This document shows positions 30,501 to 38,959 of a DNA stretch of 64,000 nt, piece after piece. How positions within the stretch are numbered: position 1 is the stretch's first letter; each line of letters begins with the position of its first letter. The position numbers and the translations under genes were made by a program. This DNA comes from an uncultured Cytophagales bacterium (GTDB taxonomy: Bacteria > Bacteroidota > Bacteroidia > Cytophagales > JAAEPT01): NCBI GenBank assembly GCA_964511645.1, contig CAZEGV010000003.1, forward strand, positions 2,591 to 66,590, given 5' to 3'. Under the pieces are notes generated by a model. It saw only the letters and a program-made list of their open reading frames with translations, was not told where the DNA came from and made no database searches.

Positions 30501-31285
30501 TTTAAATCATTAAGGTTTTTGATGTAGCCCAAACCACGTATAAGGTATTCTACTTTGTTGTATTCGATGGTTCTTGCCCCAATGTCTAAGTTACTTTTTT
30601 TGACAGCCATCATGATTTGAGCAACACTTACATTGTTTGCTTTCATTGCGTTAGGGTCTATGTCTACTTGGTATTCTTTCACAAAACCACCAATTGTAGC
30701 GACTTCTGCAACCCCTTTTACAGCAGTAAGGGCATAACCAACCTGAAAATCTTGGATAGTTCTCAACTCGTGAGGATCCCAACCACCAGCAGGTTTTCCG
30801 TTTTTGTCTCTGCCTTCTAATGTGTACCAAAAAACTTGCCCCAAAGCCGTAGCATCTGGACCTAAGGCAGGTGAAACCTCTTGAGGAAGTAGGTTGTTGG
30901 GTAACGAGTTGAGTTTTTCAAGAATACGAGTTCTTGACCAATAAAATTCTACATCATCTTCAAATATCAAATAGATACTTGATAAACCAAAAATAGAATT
31001 ACTTCGGATTGTTTTGACACCAGGAATGCCTAATAACGCAGTTGTTAAAGGATAGCTGATTTGGTCTTCGATGTCTTGTGGTGAGCGACCTGACCATTTG
31101 GTATATACGATTTGTTGGTTTTCACCAATGTCTGGTATCGCATCAACAGGTACAGGGTTTCTAGGGATAAGGTCGTTGTCCCAAGCAAATGGGGCAGTCG
31201 AAATTCCCCAAACAATCATAGAGCCAAGCAATAAGAGTGTTACTAGTTTGTTTTCAAGAAAATACTTGATGAGTTTATTTAACAT
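27497..31285 (-). CDS. cusA: CusA/CzcA-family heavy-metal RND efflux pump (long form, 1262 aa)
   Basis: It has RND/ACR_tran architecture (GENQQIVYTKWSGRSPQDIEDQISYPL, GIAIGVMVDVGIV..). Extra TM segments and a roughly 200-aa periplasmic insertion account for the length. Confidence 0.9.
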   Translation of the reverse strand: MLNKLIKYFLENKLVTLLLLGSMIVWGISTAPFAWDNDLIPRNPVPVDAIPDIGENQQIVYTKWSGRSPQDIEDQISYPLTTALLGIPGVKTIRSNSIFGLSSIYLIFEDDVEFYWSRTRILEKLNSLPNNLLPQEVSPALGPDATALGQVFWYTLEGRDKNGKPAGGWDPHELRTIQDFQVGYALTAVKGVAEVATIGGFVKEYQVDIDPNAMKANNVSVAQIMMAVKKSNLDIGARTIEYNKVEYLIRGLGYIKNLNDLKESVIFSNNNVPIRIKDVAKVSFGPAPRRGGLDKGGAEAVGASVVARYGANPLKVINRVKEKIKEIEAGLPSKILADGTVSKVTVVPFYDRTGLIKETLGTLEEALSLEMLIALIVVVIMVLNLRASILIASLLPIGVLITFIMMRQFGVDANIVALSGIAIAIGVMVDVGIVFTENIIQHIELPENIGKKGKELLNVIYDGASEVATAVITALFTTIVSFLPVFAMQAAEGKLFTPLAFTKTFAMLSALIIGLLFIPTFAHIIFSIRLDKGKMSKFWNALLIILGLGFFIGFGSWVALALVLFGINNLLEYKWSPSKKHFVNWINIAITAFIVTYFIALVWMPLGAQNSFFANVLFVTLTIGLILGFLLTIVHFYQPILTWCLAHKTLFLSIPLVVVLFGANAWLGFGRVFSFFPTIIKDNAVWKKMEMTFPGLGKEFMPSLNEGSFLLMPTTMPHSGVEENVNVIRKLDRQLNAIPEVDVSVGKWGRANTALDPAPISMYENIINYLPEFKVNENGHKTRFKINNNNAFILKDSTTYKYGEDVFRTIATENLIEDKNGEYFRQWRKHIQSPDDIWKEILKHSKMPGLTSAPKLQPIETRLVMLATGMRAPMGIKVFGPDLATIEKVGYAIEKVLKEVPTVEASAVFADRVVGKPYLEIEINREAIARYGLTIEDIQNQISVAIGGMPLTNSVEGRKRFAIRVRYAREYRDNPEDLKNVLIPTPSGVQIPLNELAIFHYKRGPQVIKSEDTFLVSYVIFDKKEGQAEVDVVEDAQALLSQKIENGELVLPAGVSYRFTGNYENQVRATKRLLLVVPISLLIIFLILYFQFKSVTMTAMIFSGLFVALSGGFIMLWLYSSPDFLDFSIAGIDLRNLFQVHTVNLSVAVWVGFIALFGVATDDGVIMGTYLQQKFEKDHPKTIDEIKKAVVIAASKRVRPAMLTAATTIIALIPVLTSQGKGSDIMGPMSIPLFGGMLIQVMTMFIVPVLYSMWKEKQLKKL

Positions 31286-31428
31286 TTCATTTATTATCTA
31301 ATGTGAGAAAGCTACTCGTATGATGAAAAAAACATCAATAAAGTAGAGTTTTTGCTAAACAGACGTATAAATGCATCTGTACTTTTGAATTATCAAAAGC
31401 CGTAAAGCAATGGTGTTACATTAAATAA

Positions 31429-31851
31429 TTATGAATAAAGAAGAAAGGACTGAAACAAGATTTGCCGATTGAGTTTCAGTAGGGGTGGGGTGTAGGTTAA
31501 ATATGTCTCCTCATCAACCTGAGTAATAGGTGATTTGAAATAAGTAATTAAGAAGCTAGTGAAAAAGTATAAGTTAATTTCTGATTCTTCTAAATTAGAA
31601 ACCTTAAACTCGTTATCAAGGGTTAGTTGCACGTATTGATTTTTACAACAGTTTTTTTGTTTAATTGTGTTTTGATAATCTTCTTGTGAGCAATTATCTT
31701 CTTTTTTTTCCATTCCGCAACCCAGTGTCTCCTCACCGAAGGCAAAAGAACTTTCTGCTAACTCACCACCGCAATAGTGGTGATTAATAGTTAATCCTAG
31801 GTTTGTTACTAGGATTAATAGGGCTAACGATATGGGGAATATTTTTTTCAA
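31429..31851 (-). CDS. Small secreted Cys-motif protein (HYC..CC..PP pattern), first gene of the efflux island
   Basis: 140 aa with a signal peptide, then NHHYCGGE, GCGMEKK, NCCKNQ and TYTPPLL. I recall a Bacteroidota family named after the HYC/CC/PP motifs but cannot verify that here. Confidence 0.5.
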   Translation of the reverse strand: MKKIFPISLALLILVTNLGLTINHHYCGGELAESSFAFGEETLGCGMEKKEDNCSQEDYQNTIKQKNCCKNQYVQLTLDNEFKVSNLEESEINLYFFTSFLITYFKSPITQVDEETYLTYTPPLLKLNRQILFQSFLLYS

Positions 31852-31889
31852 ATTCTATTTGATTATACGTAAAGGTATGAAAAATATTG

Positions 31890-33494
31890 TTATATATTAT
31901 GTAATTCTTTAATTGTTTGTATTACAGTCTTATCTCTTTGGTTAATGATTTGGTAATATTCATTATCATCCCAGTATAAGCGAGCAAGTAAGGCTTTAAG
32001 TTCTAGTTTTATTCGAGGGAGTGAGGTGTTGAAGTCAGTTTCGCTATAAGTTTCACTTAGTCTGTTTTTAGTGTGTTTCTTTAATGCAAATAAATCACTT
32101 TGGTTGATTTGGAAGTTTTGATTAAAGTCTGAGAAAGAAAGTAAACTCAGTGAATCTTTGTACTTGAGGTACAGGCTAGGAATAAAATCGTTAAATATTT
32201 GCTCCGTATAAATTTTACCAAGTAAGATTGTATAATGATTGGTGTCTTGCGGGATAAAAATATCGGGATATATTCCCCCACCTCCGTACACAATTCTTCC
32301 TTTTTTGGTACGATAAACTAAAGTGTCATTATAGCTGACGCTATCTTCTATTTGAAACTCTCCATTTATGAAACGGTTATAGTAGTCCATGAAGTAAGCC
32401 GAGTCTTTGTATGGTTTTTGGATACATCTTCCTGAAGGGGTGTAATACCTAGATATTGTGATTTTTATTTCAGAACCATCACTAAATTTTTTGGTTTCTT
32501 GCACTAATCCTTTTCCAAAACTTCTTCGTCCTACTATGATACCTCTGTCATTGTCTTGGATTGCTCCTGCCAATACTTCGGATGCAGAAGCGGAACTTTC
32601 GTCAATCAAAATGGCTAATTTACCAGTACTAAATACTCCTTTTTCTTTTTCTACATTATATAGATTGTTGAATTGTTTTCTTTTGCCTTTGGTGTATAAT
32701 ATTAAAGACTTGTGGGGTAGTAAGTCTTCGGAAATAGCTATTACTTCATGTAAAAACCCACCACCGTTTCCTCTTAAATCAAGCAATAGAGATTTCATAC
32801 CTTGTTTTTTGAGTTTTATAATACTGCTTCTTACTTCGTCTGCGGCGCCTTGGGCAAAACGCCTAAGCTTGATATACGCAGTGGTGCTATCTAGCATATG
32901 ACTAGCTATTATGGCATAAGTTGAGATTTTGTCTCGGATGATTTTTTTGATAAAAAATTCATTTCCTCGTTTTATTTTAACCTCAACAGAATTTCCTTTG
33001 GCTCCTCGTAAAAGATTATATATGATGGGTAAATCGATGCCTATGATAGGTGAGTCATCTACAGAGATTATTTTATCTCCGGATAACAGCCCTGCTTTTT
33101 GGCTAGGTCCATTTTTTAATACTTTGATTACCATTAATGTATCTTGTATAATTCTAAATTCTACTCCAATACCTTCAAATCCTTTTTGTAATGAAGCGTT
33201 ATGCATTACACTTTCTGTAGCAGGGATGTATACAGTGTGTGGGTCGAGCATTGCAAGCATTGCAGTGATTCCTTTATCCGTTAAGCTATCCAAACCAAGA
33301 GAGTCTACATAGTCTTGGTTAATAGAGTAGAGTACTTGGCTGATTTTTTCTATTTTTCTTTGGGTGTCGTTAGTTGGAATCTTGTGGTTAGATACAAACA
33401 TTCCAAATAGCATTCCTATTACTACTGCTAGTCCTACATATAAGGGGATTTTATATGCCGAGACTACTTCTTTGTTATTTTTTTTATCGCTCAT
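31890..33494 (-). CDS. S41-family C-terminal processing peptidase
   Basis: 534 aa with an N-terminal TM helix, a PDZ domain (GPSQKAGLLSGDKIISVD), and the catalytic region LLLDLRGNGGG...SASASEVLAGAIQD..RGIIVGRRSFGKG. Confidence 0.9.
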   Translation of the reverse strand: MSDKKNNKEVVSAYKIPLYVGLAVVIGMLFGMFVSNHKIPTNDTQRKIEKISQVLYSINQDYVDSLGLDSLTDKGITAMLAMLDPHTVYIPATESVMHNASLQKGFEGIGVEFRIIQDTLMVIKVLKNGPSQKAGLLSGDKIISVDDSPIIGIDLPIIYNLLRGAKGNSVEVKIKRGNEFFIKKIIRDKISTYAIIASHMLDSTTAYIKLRRFAQGAADEVRSSIIKLKKQGMKSLLLDLRGNGGGFLHEVIAISEDLLPHKSLILYTKGKRKQFNNLYNVEKEKGVFSTGKLAILIDESSASASEVLAGAIQDNDRGIIVGRRSFGKGLVQETKKFSDGSEIKITISRYYTPSGRCIQKPYKDSAYFMDYYNRFINGEFQIEDSVSYNDTLVYRTKKGRIVYGGGGIYPDIFIPQDTNHYTILLGKIYTEQIFNDFIPSLYLKYKDSLSLLSFSDFNQNFQINQSDLFALKKHTKNRLSETYSETDFNTSLPRIKLELKALLARLYWDDNEYYQIINQRDKTVIQTIKELHNI

Positions 33495-34764
33495 TGGCTA
33501 TTTTTTCGGCAATTATTTTACCTTCTCTAAAGTGATCATGAATATGTTGATAGCTAAAAGTCGCCACTCGTCCCGTCAAAAACAAATTATTGATAGAAGA
33601 AAGTTCTTTTTTGATTTTGAATAAATCTTTTTCGTATTCTTTTGTAAGAATTGGGTAGGCGTAGTCTAATTTTCTAGTGCTGATTTTATTTACATCTTTC
33701 TTGTTAATTAATCCTGTGCTTAGCAATTGGGAGAGTACTTTTTCTTGTAATTCTTCTTCATTATAGATTTCTCCTGTTCGGATAGGAACTTCGGCTACAA
33801 GCATTGTTTTACCTTGAGGTGCTAAATCGGTAGATCGGTTACGAGGTTCTACTATTCTTGTGAATACAAATTGATTGTCGGGGAAGTATATTGAGGCATT
33901 GTTTGTAATGCTTGTTTTGTTTAAGAAAACTTTTACTAAATATAAGTCAATAAACGAGAGTTGTTGAATAGTTTGTTTTAGACCAAGCATGTTTGCCAGT
34001 ATAGAGAGAGGTAAAGTGTTTATAATAATATCTGCATGATGTTGTATGCCATTTATTTGTACTTTTGTAATGTAGTTTTTGTTTAATGTAATTTCGTCTA
34101 CTTTGCTATTATAAGCTACTGTAATGTTTTTTGATAGTATGTCAAAAAGTTGTCCTATTCCTTTGAGAGGATAATAAAATTTACCGTCAAGGTGTTTTGT
34201 TTTTATTTCTTTTTTTTGAAAAATTTCGTTTAAAAAAGTGTAAATGTCAAGATTTTTGAGTCGTTTTCCAGCGACTTGGGTAGAGAGTTGGTGGCAAGGT
34301 GTTTGCCATAATTTTTGGGTGTAAGGGAGTAAAAATCGATTGGCAATATAGTTTCCGTATTTTGATAGGGCTAAGTCTTGAAAATCTTCTGTTTTGGAAG
34401 GTCTTCTTATAAAGTCTATACTGGCTTTGGTTATTTGTTTAATAGAAAGCCCTTTTATGATGTTAAAGGGAGAAAGGGGAAAGTCAAAGAATGTGTTTCC
34501 AGAGTATATTTGGCTAGGTGTAGAGATTTCTTGGATTTGATTACCAAGTATTTTTTTGAATTCATCAGTGATTTCAGGAAAAATATCGTGTAGGCGATGT
34601 GCTCCAGAGTCGTAGCCTAGACCGTCTTCCCAATATGTAGAGGCATTGCCTCCTAGGTGGTCTTTGGCTTCAATGAGTTTGTATGGGATGTTTTGCTGAC
34701 CCAAATAATAAGCAACAGCGACACCAGCGGGACCTCCTCCTAGTATTAATATTTGTTTACTCAT
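33484..34764 (-). CDS. FAD/NAD(P)-dependent oxidoreductase (amine-oxidase / protoporphyrinogen-oxidase-like fold)
   Basis: 426 aa with the dinucleotide fold ILILGGGPAGVAVAYYL..EAKDHLGGN. It overlaps both neighbours (8 nt and 11 nt). Confidence 0.7.
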   Translation of the reverse strand: MSKQILILGGGPAGVAVAYYLGQQNIPYKLIEAKDHLGGNASTYWEDGLGYDSGAHRLHDIFPEITDEFKKILGNQIQEISTPSQIYSGNTFFDFPLSPFNIIKGLSIKQITKASIDFIRRPSKTEDFQDLALSKYGNYIANRFLLPYTQKLWQTPCHQLSTQVAGKRLKNLDIYTFLNEIFQKKEIKTKHLDGKFYYPLKGIGQLFDILSKNITVAYNSKVDEITLNKNYITKVQINGIQHHADIIINTLPLSILANMLGLKQTIQQLSFIDLYLVKVFLNKTSITNNASIYFPDNQFVFTRIVEPRNRSTDLAPQGKTMLVAEVPIRTGEIYNEEELQEKVLSQLLSTGLINKKDVNKISTRKLDYAYPILTKEYEKDLFKIKKELSSINNLFLTGRVATFSYQHIHDHFREGKIIAEKIANER

Positions 34765-36088
34765 AGTAGTAGAGTTTTACTTTGTCCCACATCCTGTTTA
34801 TGTAAGGGTTGTGATAAAAAGTGATAGAGTCGGATATTGGTGCGTTGGTGATTTTGCTACCTAAGGAGTAATAAGGTCTTTCTAATTTGGGATTGACTTT
34901 AATAAAAGGATATTGTTTTTGGAGGTAGTAAGTAACTAAAGGATTACAAATAACTTTGGCTTCTTTTCTGGATAAGAAATCGCCTGCTTGAGCGACCGCA
35001 GATTTGTGTTTGTGTTGGTAAGCGATGATTGTATTAGGAATGTTTATCGCAAATAGTGCAATGATAATTAACTCTTTCTTGACTGATAGGTGAGAAAGAG
35101 TTTTTGCGACAAGCAATAAAAAAAAAGGAACAAAAGGCATGAGGTGTCTCGGCTTGTAGAGTACGTTTTGGAACAGAAAAACCCAAACAAAATAGGTGAT
35201 AAGTGATACAGTGAGCCAAGTAGGGAAAGGCTTTGTTGTTTTAAAGCCTTTGATTCCTAAGGTTAATAATAGGATTGACCAAGGAATGAGTAAAAAAGAA
35301 CGTCCGATGAACCATCCACCAAGTCCATCAGACCATAAGTATTGAAAGATTCTGACTAAACGTAATAAGAGGTTATTATCAGTAATTACGGTTCCGCCCC
35401 ATTCGTTAAAATGACCTTGGCTGTGGTTGATAAGCAGTTGCGTAAATTCTTGCCAGCCAGTAATGATGATTAAAGGGATTAACCAAAGCAGGGAAGATCC
35501 GATATATGTGCCAATCTGCATGAAGCAAGTTTTTTTTTGTTTGATTAATAATAAAATAGATAATGGCAGTAAAAAAGGTAGGTAAGAAATGCGTACTCCT
35601 GCCAGTAAAGATACTGAAGCACAATAGATGATAAGTGAGTATTTTTGATGTTTTAATGCATTCCAACCGTGATTTGTAGCAAGTAGTAATAAGCCTAACC
35701 CCATGATGTCGGGCATAAAACGATTGCTCATGAGCCATAAGAGAGGAGAGAGGCTGAGTAATATAATGTAGTAAATACTGTGTTGCTGAGGGAAGAGATT
35801 TTTCCATAAACCAATACCTGTATAAATAACTAAGCTCATCCCGATACTCCCTGATATATAATGACTAATGGCTACGTTTCCTGTAAGCCAATAAAATATT
35901 TTGGTGATGAAACAGTAAATAGGGTAAGCAGGGAAATGTGGTTGAAATAGTGTTAAATCATAATTAATTGTACTTAAAGCAAATCGCATACTGTCAATGT
36001 CTTCTATATAGACAATATGTGTGACATATCGAGAGATGAAGATAAAGATTATAAACCACCATAGGTATTGGTTTTTGTCATTGTCCAT
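34757..36088 (-). CDS. Polytopic membrane protein, GT-C-type (GT39/ArnT-like) glycosyltransferase candidate
   Basis: 443 aa with at least 10 predicted TM helices. The first loop carries an acidic motif (YIEDIDSMRF), as in PMT/ArnT-like enzymes. Confidence 0.55.
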   Translation of the reverse strand: MDNDKNQYLWWFIIFIFISRYVTHIVYIEDIDSMRFALSTINYDLTLFQPHFPAYPIYCFITKIFYWLTGNVAISHYISGSIGMSLVIYTGIGLWKNLFPQQHSIYYIILLSLSPLLWLMSNRFMPDIMGLGLLLLATNHGWNALKHQKYSLIIYCASVSLLAGVRISYLPFLLPLSILLLIKQKKTCFMQIGTYIGSSLLWLIPLIIITGWQEFTQLLINHSQGHFNEWGGTVITDNNLLLRLVRIFQYLWSDGLGGWFIGRSFLLIPWSILLLTLGIKGFKTTKPFPTWLTVSLITYFVWVFLFQNVLYKPRHLMPFVPFFLLLVAKTLSHLSVKKELIIIALFAINIPNTIIAYQHKHKSAVAQAGDFLSRKEAKVICNPLVTYYLQKQYPFIKVNPKLERPYYSLGSKITNAPISDSITFYHNPYINRMWDKVKLYYYE

Positions 36089-36189
36089 ACGGTAAAACTA
36101 CATTATTTAAATTTATTCTAAATAAAAATTGGATAATTAATTTTTATGGTTTTAATTTGTGTCATCATTCAAATATAACAAACTCAGTA

Positions 36190-36384
36190 GTGAAAAAAAC
36201 ATTATCTATATTCTGTTCAATTATTTTAATAGCTGTATTAGCAAGTTCTTGCGAAGATGATGTTTTGGTTGAAATGGAAGAAGAGCAAAACGAACCTTGC
36301 ACAGGTAGTTATTGTAAATTAGATAATGCTTCTTCAAATAATACTATTGCCTTTGTAGATTTTTCTAACCCACTCACTTTCTAA
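36190..36384 (+). CDS. Small acidic lipoprotein (64 aa from GTG 36190)
   Basis: It reads VKKTLSIFCSIILIAVLASSCEDD, a lipoprotein signal plus lipobox. The TTG start at 36157 in the track adds an implausible extension. It lies 11 nt upstream of the TonB-dependent receptor. Confidence 0.45.
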   Translation: MKKTLSIFCSIILIAVLASSCEDDVLVEMEEEQNEPCTGSYCKLDNASSNNTIAFVDFSNPLTF

Positions 36385-36395
36385 TAATATCTTAT

Positions 36396-38954
36396 ATGAA
36401 ATATCAAGCTAAACGATTGGTGAGGTTAATATTGTTGTTTGTAATTAGTCTAATTAAACTTAATGGGTTTGGTCAAGACTTATCACATACTATAAACGGG
36501 CAAATTATTGATGAAGAGTCAAAGTTGCCCTTGCCTTATACTACGGTTTGCATTCGTAAAGTTGATAGTACGCATAAAACTATTGTTTGTACTCAAACAG
36601 ATGATAAAGGGTATTTTTATATTATAATTAATGAGTATGGTCGGCTAGAATTATATGTAGCGGATTATTCACATTTACCGTATAAACAAAATATTACATT
36701 TGAGAAGGATTATAGCTTTAAAAATGCAATAGCCCTTAAAACTAATGCTATTACAATAGAAGGTGTAGAACTTACCGCTAAAAGAAAAGGAGTGTTAGAG
36801 AAAGAAACAGGAACTGCTTCTCTGATTAGTAAAGAAGAAATAGAGTTGAAAAATCCTACGGGAACTGGAGACGCTCTTCAATCTCTTCCAGGGATTTTTT
36901 TGGCTGGGGATGATGGTTTTGGAAATAGTAGATTAAGCATTAGCATAAGAGGATTAGACCCTCGTAGAAGTGCTAGAACACTGATATTGGAAGATGGTAT
37001 ACCTATTCAACCAGCACCATATATTTATCCAAATTCGTATTATAATCCCCCAATAGAGCGGATTGATAAGATAGAAGTAATTAAGGGAAGTGCATCTATT
37101 AAGTATGGACCTCAAACAATGGGAGGAGTAATCAATTATATTACGACAAGACCAAAACAAAAATCTGGAGGGATAATGAAATTGACTGGAGGAACATATG
37201 ATTATGGAAGTCTATTAGTCGATTTTAGTGGGATTGGCAAAAAGGATAATTTTAAGACGGGGCTTCAATTATTAGTAAAAAGAGGAGATGGCTTTAGAGA
37301 AAATAATGATTTTAGACAATATAATATCACTGTTAAAAACCTTTGGCAGATATCATCCGACAAGACATTATATACAAAGCTGAATTATAATAATGAGTTC
37401 GCAAATGCTACTTATACAGGTCTGACTGATTATAGTTTTAAAAAAAATCCATTATTTAATCCTAAAAAGAATGATGAGTTTAAGATACAACGTATTGCTT
37501 TGGATGTGATTTATTCTCAAAAACATTCTGATAAGTTAAGTTCTAGGATAAGTTTTTATGCCAATCACTTTAAAAGAGATTGGTGGAGAGAAAATGATGT
37601 TTTTATAAAATCATCTAGCCTGAAAGCTTATGATTTGGGGACTAAGGTAGGGTTTGGTTTAGGAGAAATTACTCCTCAGCAATACTTTTCTAATACTGAT
37701 TTGGTGCGGGTAGGAAATTCGTCGTCCAATTTTGGGATTTTACGTTCTTTTTATGTGATAGGGGTAGAAAAACAATATAATTATAAACATAAATTAGGGA
37801 AGAAAAAAGCTCAGTTGGTAGCAGGTTTTAGGCTTCATAATGAGATATTTAAAGACAATTATAAAATAGGAGATAGCCCAACAGATAGAGTAGGGAAGTG
37901 GTACACGACAGATGCTAGTGGAAAGAAAACGGTGTTAAATGGTGCGAAATCTTTTAGTTTAGAAACAAGAGCGCTATCTGCTTATGCTGAAGAAGAGGTT
38001 AACTTGACCGATAAGCTTCTTGTTAATATAGGTTTACGTACTGAACTATTTGAACAGTCTCAAATTAATCGACTTAATGGCAATCAATTTAATGATAAAA
38101 CATCATTTGTGTTATTACCAGGAATAGGGTTTAATTATGCCTTGGATACAGCATCTCGATGGAATGTTTTTGGTGGGCTTCACCGAGGTTATACGGCACC
38201 ATCTAGTGCAGCGTTTAGTTTGCCTTTTATTAATACAGGTAACAATGGCGGAACGATAAAATTAACACCAGAAAAAAGTTGGAATACAGAATTTGGTTTG
38301 CGTAGTAATACAAAATATCTTCAAACAGAAATGGCGATATTTTATAATATAATATCAGATATAGTGACAGCAGCTAGAGGTACAATATTTTTTGAACCAG
38401 GGAGTGTCAATACGGCAGGATTAGAATTTTCATCTCATATTTTATTTAATAAAAGGTATAAAAATCTCCCAACACTTCATTTTAATTACACCTATCTGTA
38501 TACCCGTATTACAAAAGCAGAGGTAAAAGACTTCTTAACTGGAGATACCGTAAGTGTAGTCGGAAAACAAATGCCTTATGCACCTACGCACAGTTTTGTG
38601 ATAGGCTTGCAAAAGAAGTTGATGAAAAATAAATTAACTTTGTTTGTGGACTACGTTTACTCCGCTAGAGTATTTGCCGATATGCAAAACTTGACCAAAA
38701 AGCAGGTAGATAACAGTAATATAAAAGGCTTAGGAATAGCTGGGGAAATACCAAACTGGGGGATTTGGAACACTGGGGCTAGGTATAAAGTTAAAAAAAC
38801 AACATTTAGTCTTACGGCAAAAAATTTTTTAGACAAAATCTATATATCATCAAGACTACACTCTCAACCAGGACGACCTACGGCAGGGCAGAGTAGCGGT
38901 ATTTTAATTGGAAGTCGACGCCAAGTTAATTTAAGTGTAACCTTTAAATTTTAA
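36396..38954 (+). CDS. TonB-dependent receptor with an N-terminal carboxypeptidase-regulatory-like domain
   Basis: 852 aa with a CarbopepD_reg-like N-terminus (INGQIIDEESKLPLPYTTVCI), a plug domain (GDALQSLPGIF..IRGLDPRRS..LEDGIPI), and a beta-barrel with a terminal aromatic residue (..LSVTFKF). Confidence 0.9.
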   Translation: MKYQAKRLVRLILLFVISLIKLNGFGQDLSHTINGQIIDEESKLPLPYTTVCIRKVDSTHKTIVCTQTDDKGYFYIIINEYGRLELYVADYSHLPYKQNITFEKDYSFKNAIALKTNAITIEGVELTAKRKGVLEKETGTASLISKEEIELKNPTGTGDALQSLPGIFLAGDDGFGNSRLSISIRGLDPRRSARTLILEDGIPIQPAPYIYPNSYYNPPIERIDKIEVIKGSASIKYGPQTMGGVINYITTRPKQKSGGIMKLTGGTYDYGSLLVDFSGIGKKDNFKTGLQLLVKRGDGFRENNDFRQYNITVKNLWQISSDKTLYTKLNYNNEFANATYTGLTDYSFKKNPLFNPKKNDEFKIQRIALDVIYSQKHSDKLSSRISFYANHFKRDWWRENDVFIKSSSLKAYDLGTKVGFGLGEITPQQYFSNTDLVRVGNSSSNFGILRSFYVIGVEKQYNYKHKLGKKKAQLVAGFRLHNEIFKDNYKIGDSPTDRVGKWYTTDASGKKTVLNGAKSFSLETRALSAYAEEEVNLTDKLLVNIGLRTELFEQSQINRLNGNQFNDKTSFVLLPGIGFNYALDTASRWNVFGGLHRGYTAPSSAAFSLPFINTGNNGGTIKLTPEKSWNTEFGLRSNTKYLQTEMAIFYNIISDIVTAARGTIFFEPGSVNTAGLEFSSHILFNKRYKNLPTLHFNYTYLYTRITKAEVKDFLTGDTVSVVGKQMPYAPTHSFVIGLQKKLMKNKLTLFVDYVYSARVFADMQNLTKKQVDNSNIKGLGIAGEIPNWGIWNTGARYKVKKTTFSLTAKNFLDKIYISSRLHSQPGRPTAGQSSGILIGSRRQVNLSVTFKF

Positions 38955-38959
38955 TAAAA

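Noticed and set aside
35118-35538. Two 9-nt homopolymer tracts (A9 at 35118-35126, T9 at 35530-35538) inside the GT-C-like gene as possible phase-variation switches
   Set aside because: Comparable A9/T9 runs occur in other genes (for example about 20289-20297 in the sulfatase-family gene) and in intergenic DNA. They simply encode Lys/Phe runs in an AT-rich genome, and nothing singles out this gene.
36089-36189. Switch from predominantly minus-strand genes (left 36 kb) to predominantly plus-strand genes (right 28 kb) as a possible replication origin
   Set aside because: The divergent spacer is only about 100 bp and contains at most one weak DnaA-box-like word (TTATCCAAT on the reverse strand). 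No dnaA, dnaN or other origin-linked genes are nearby, and both halves contain counter-oriented genes. Testing this would require GC skew, which was not computed.
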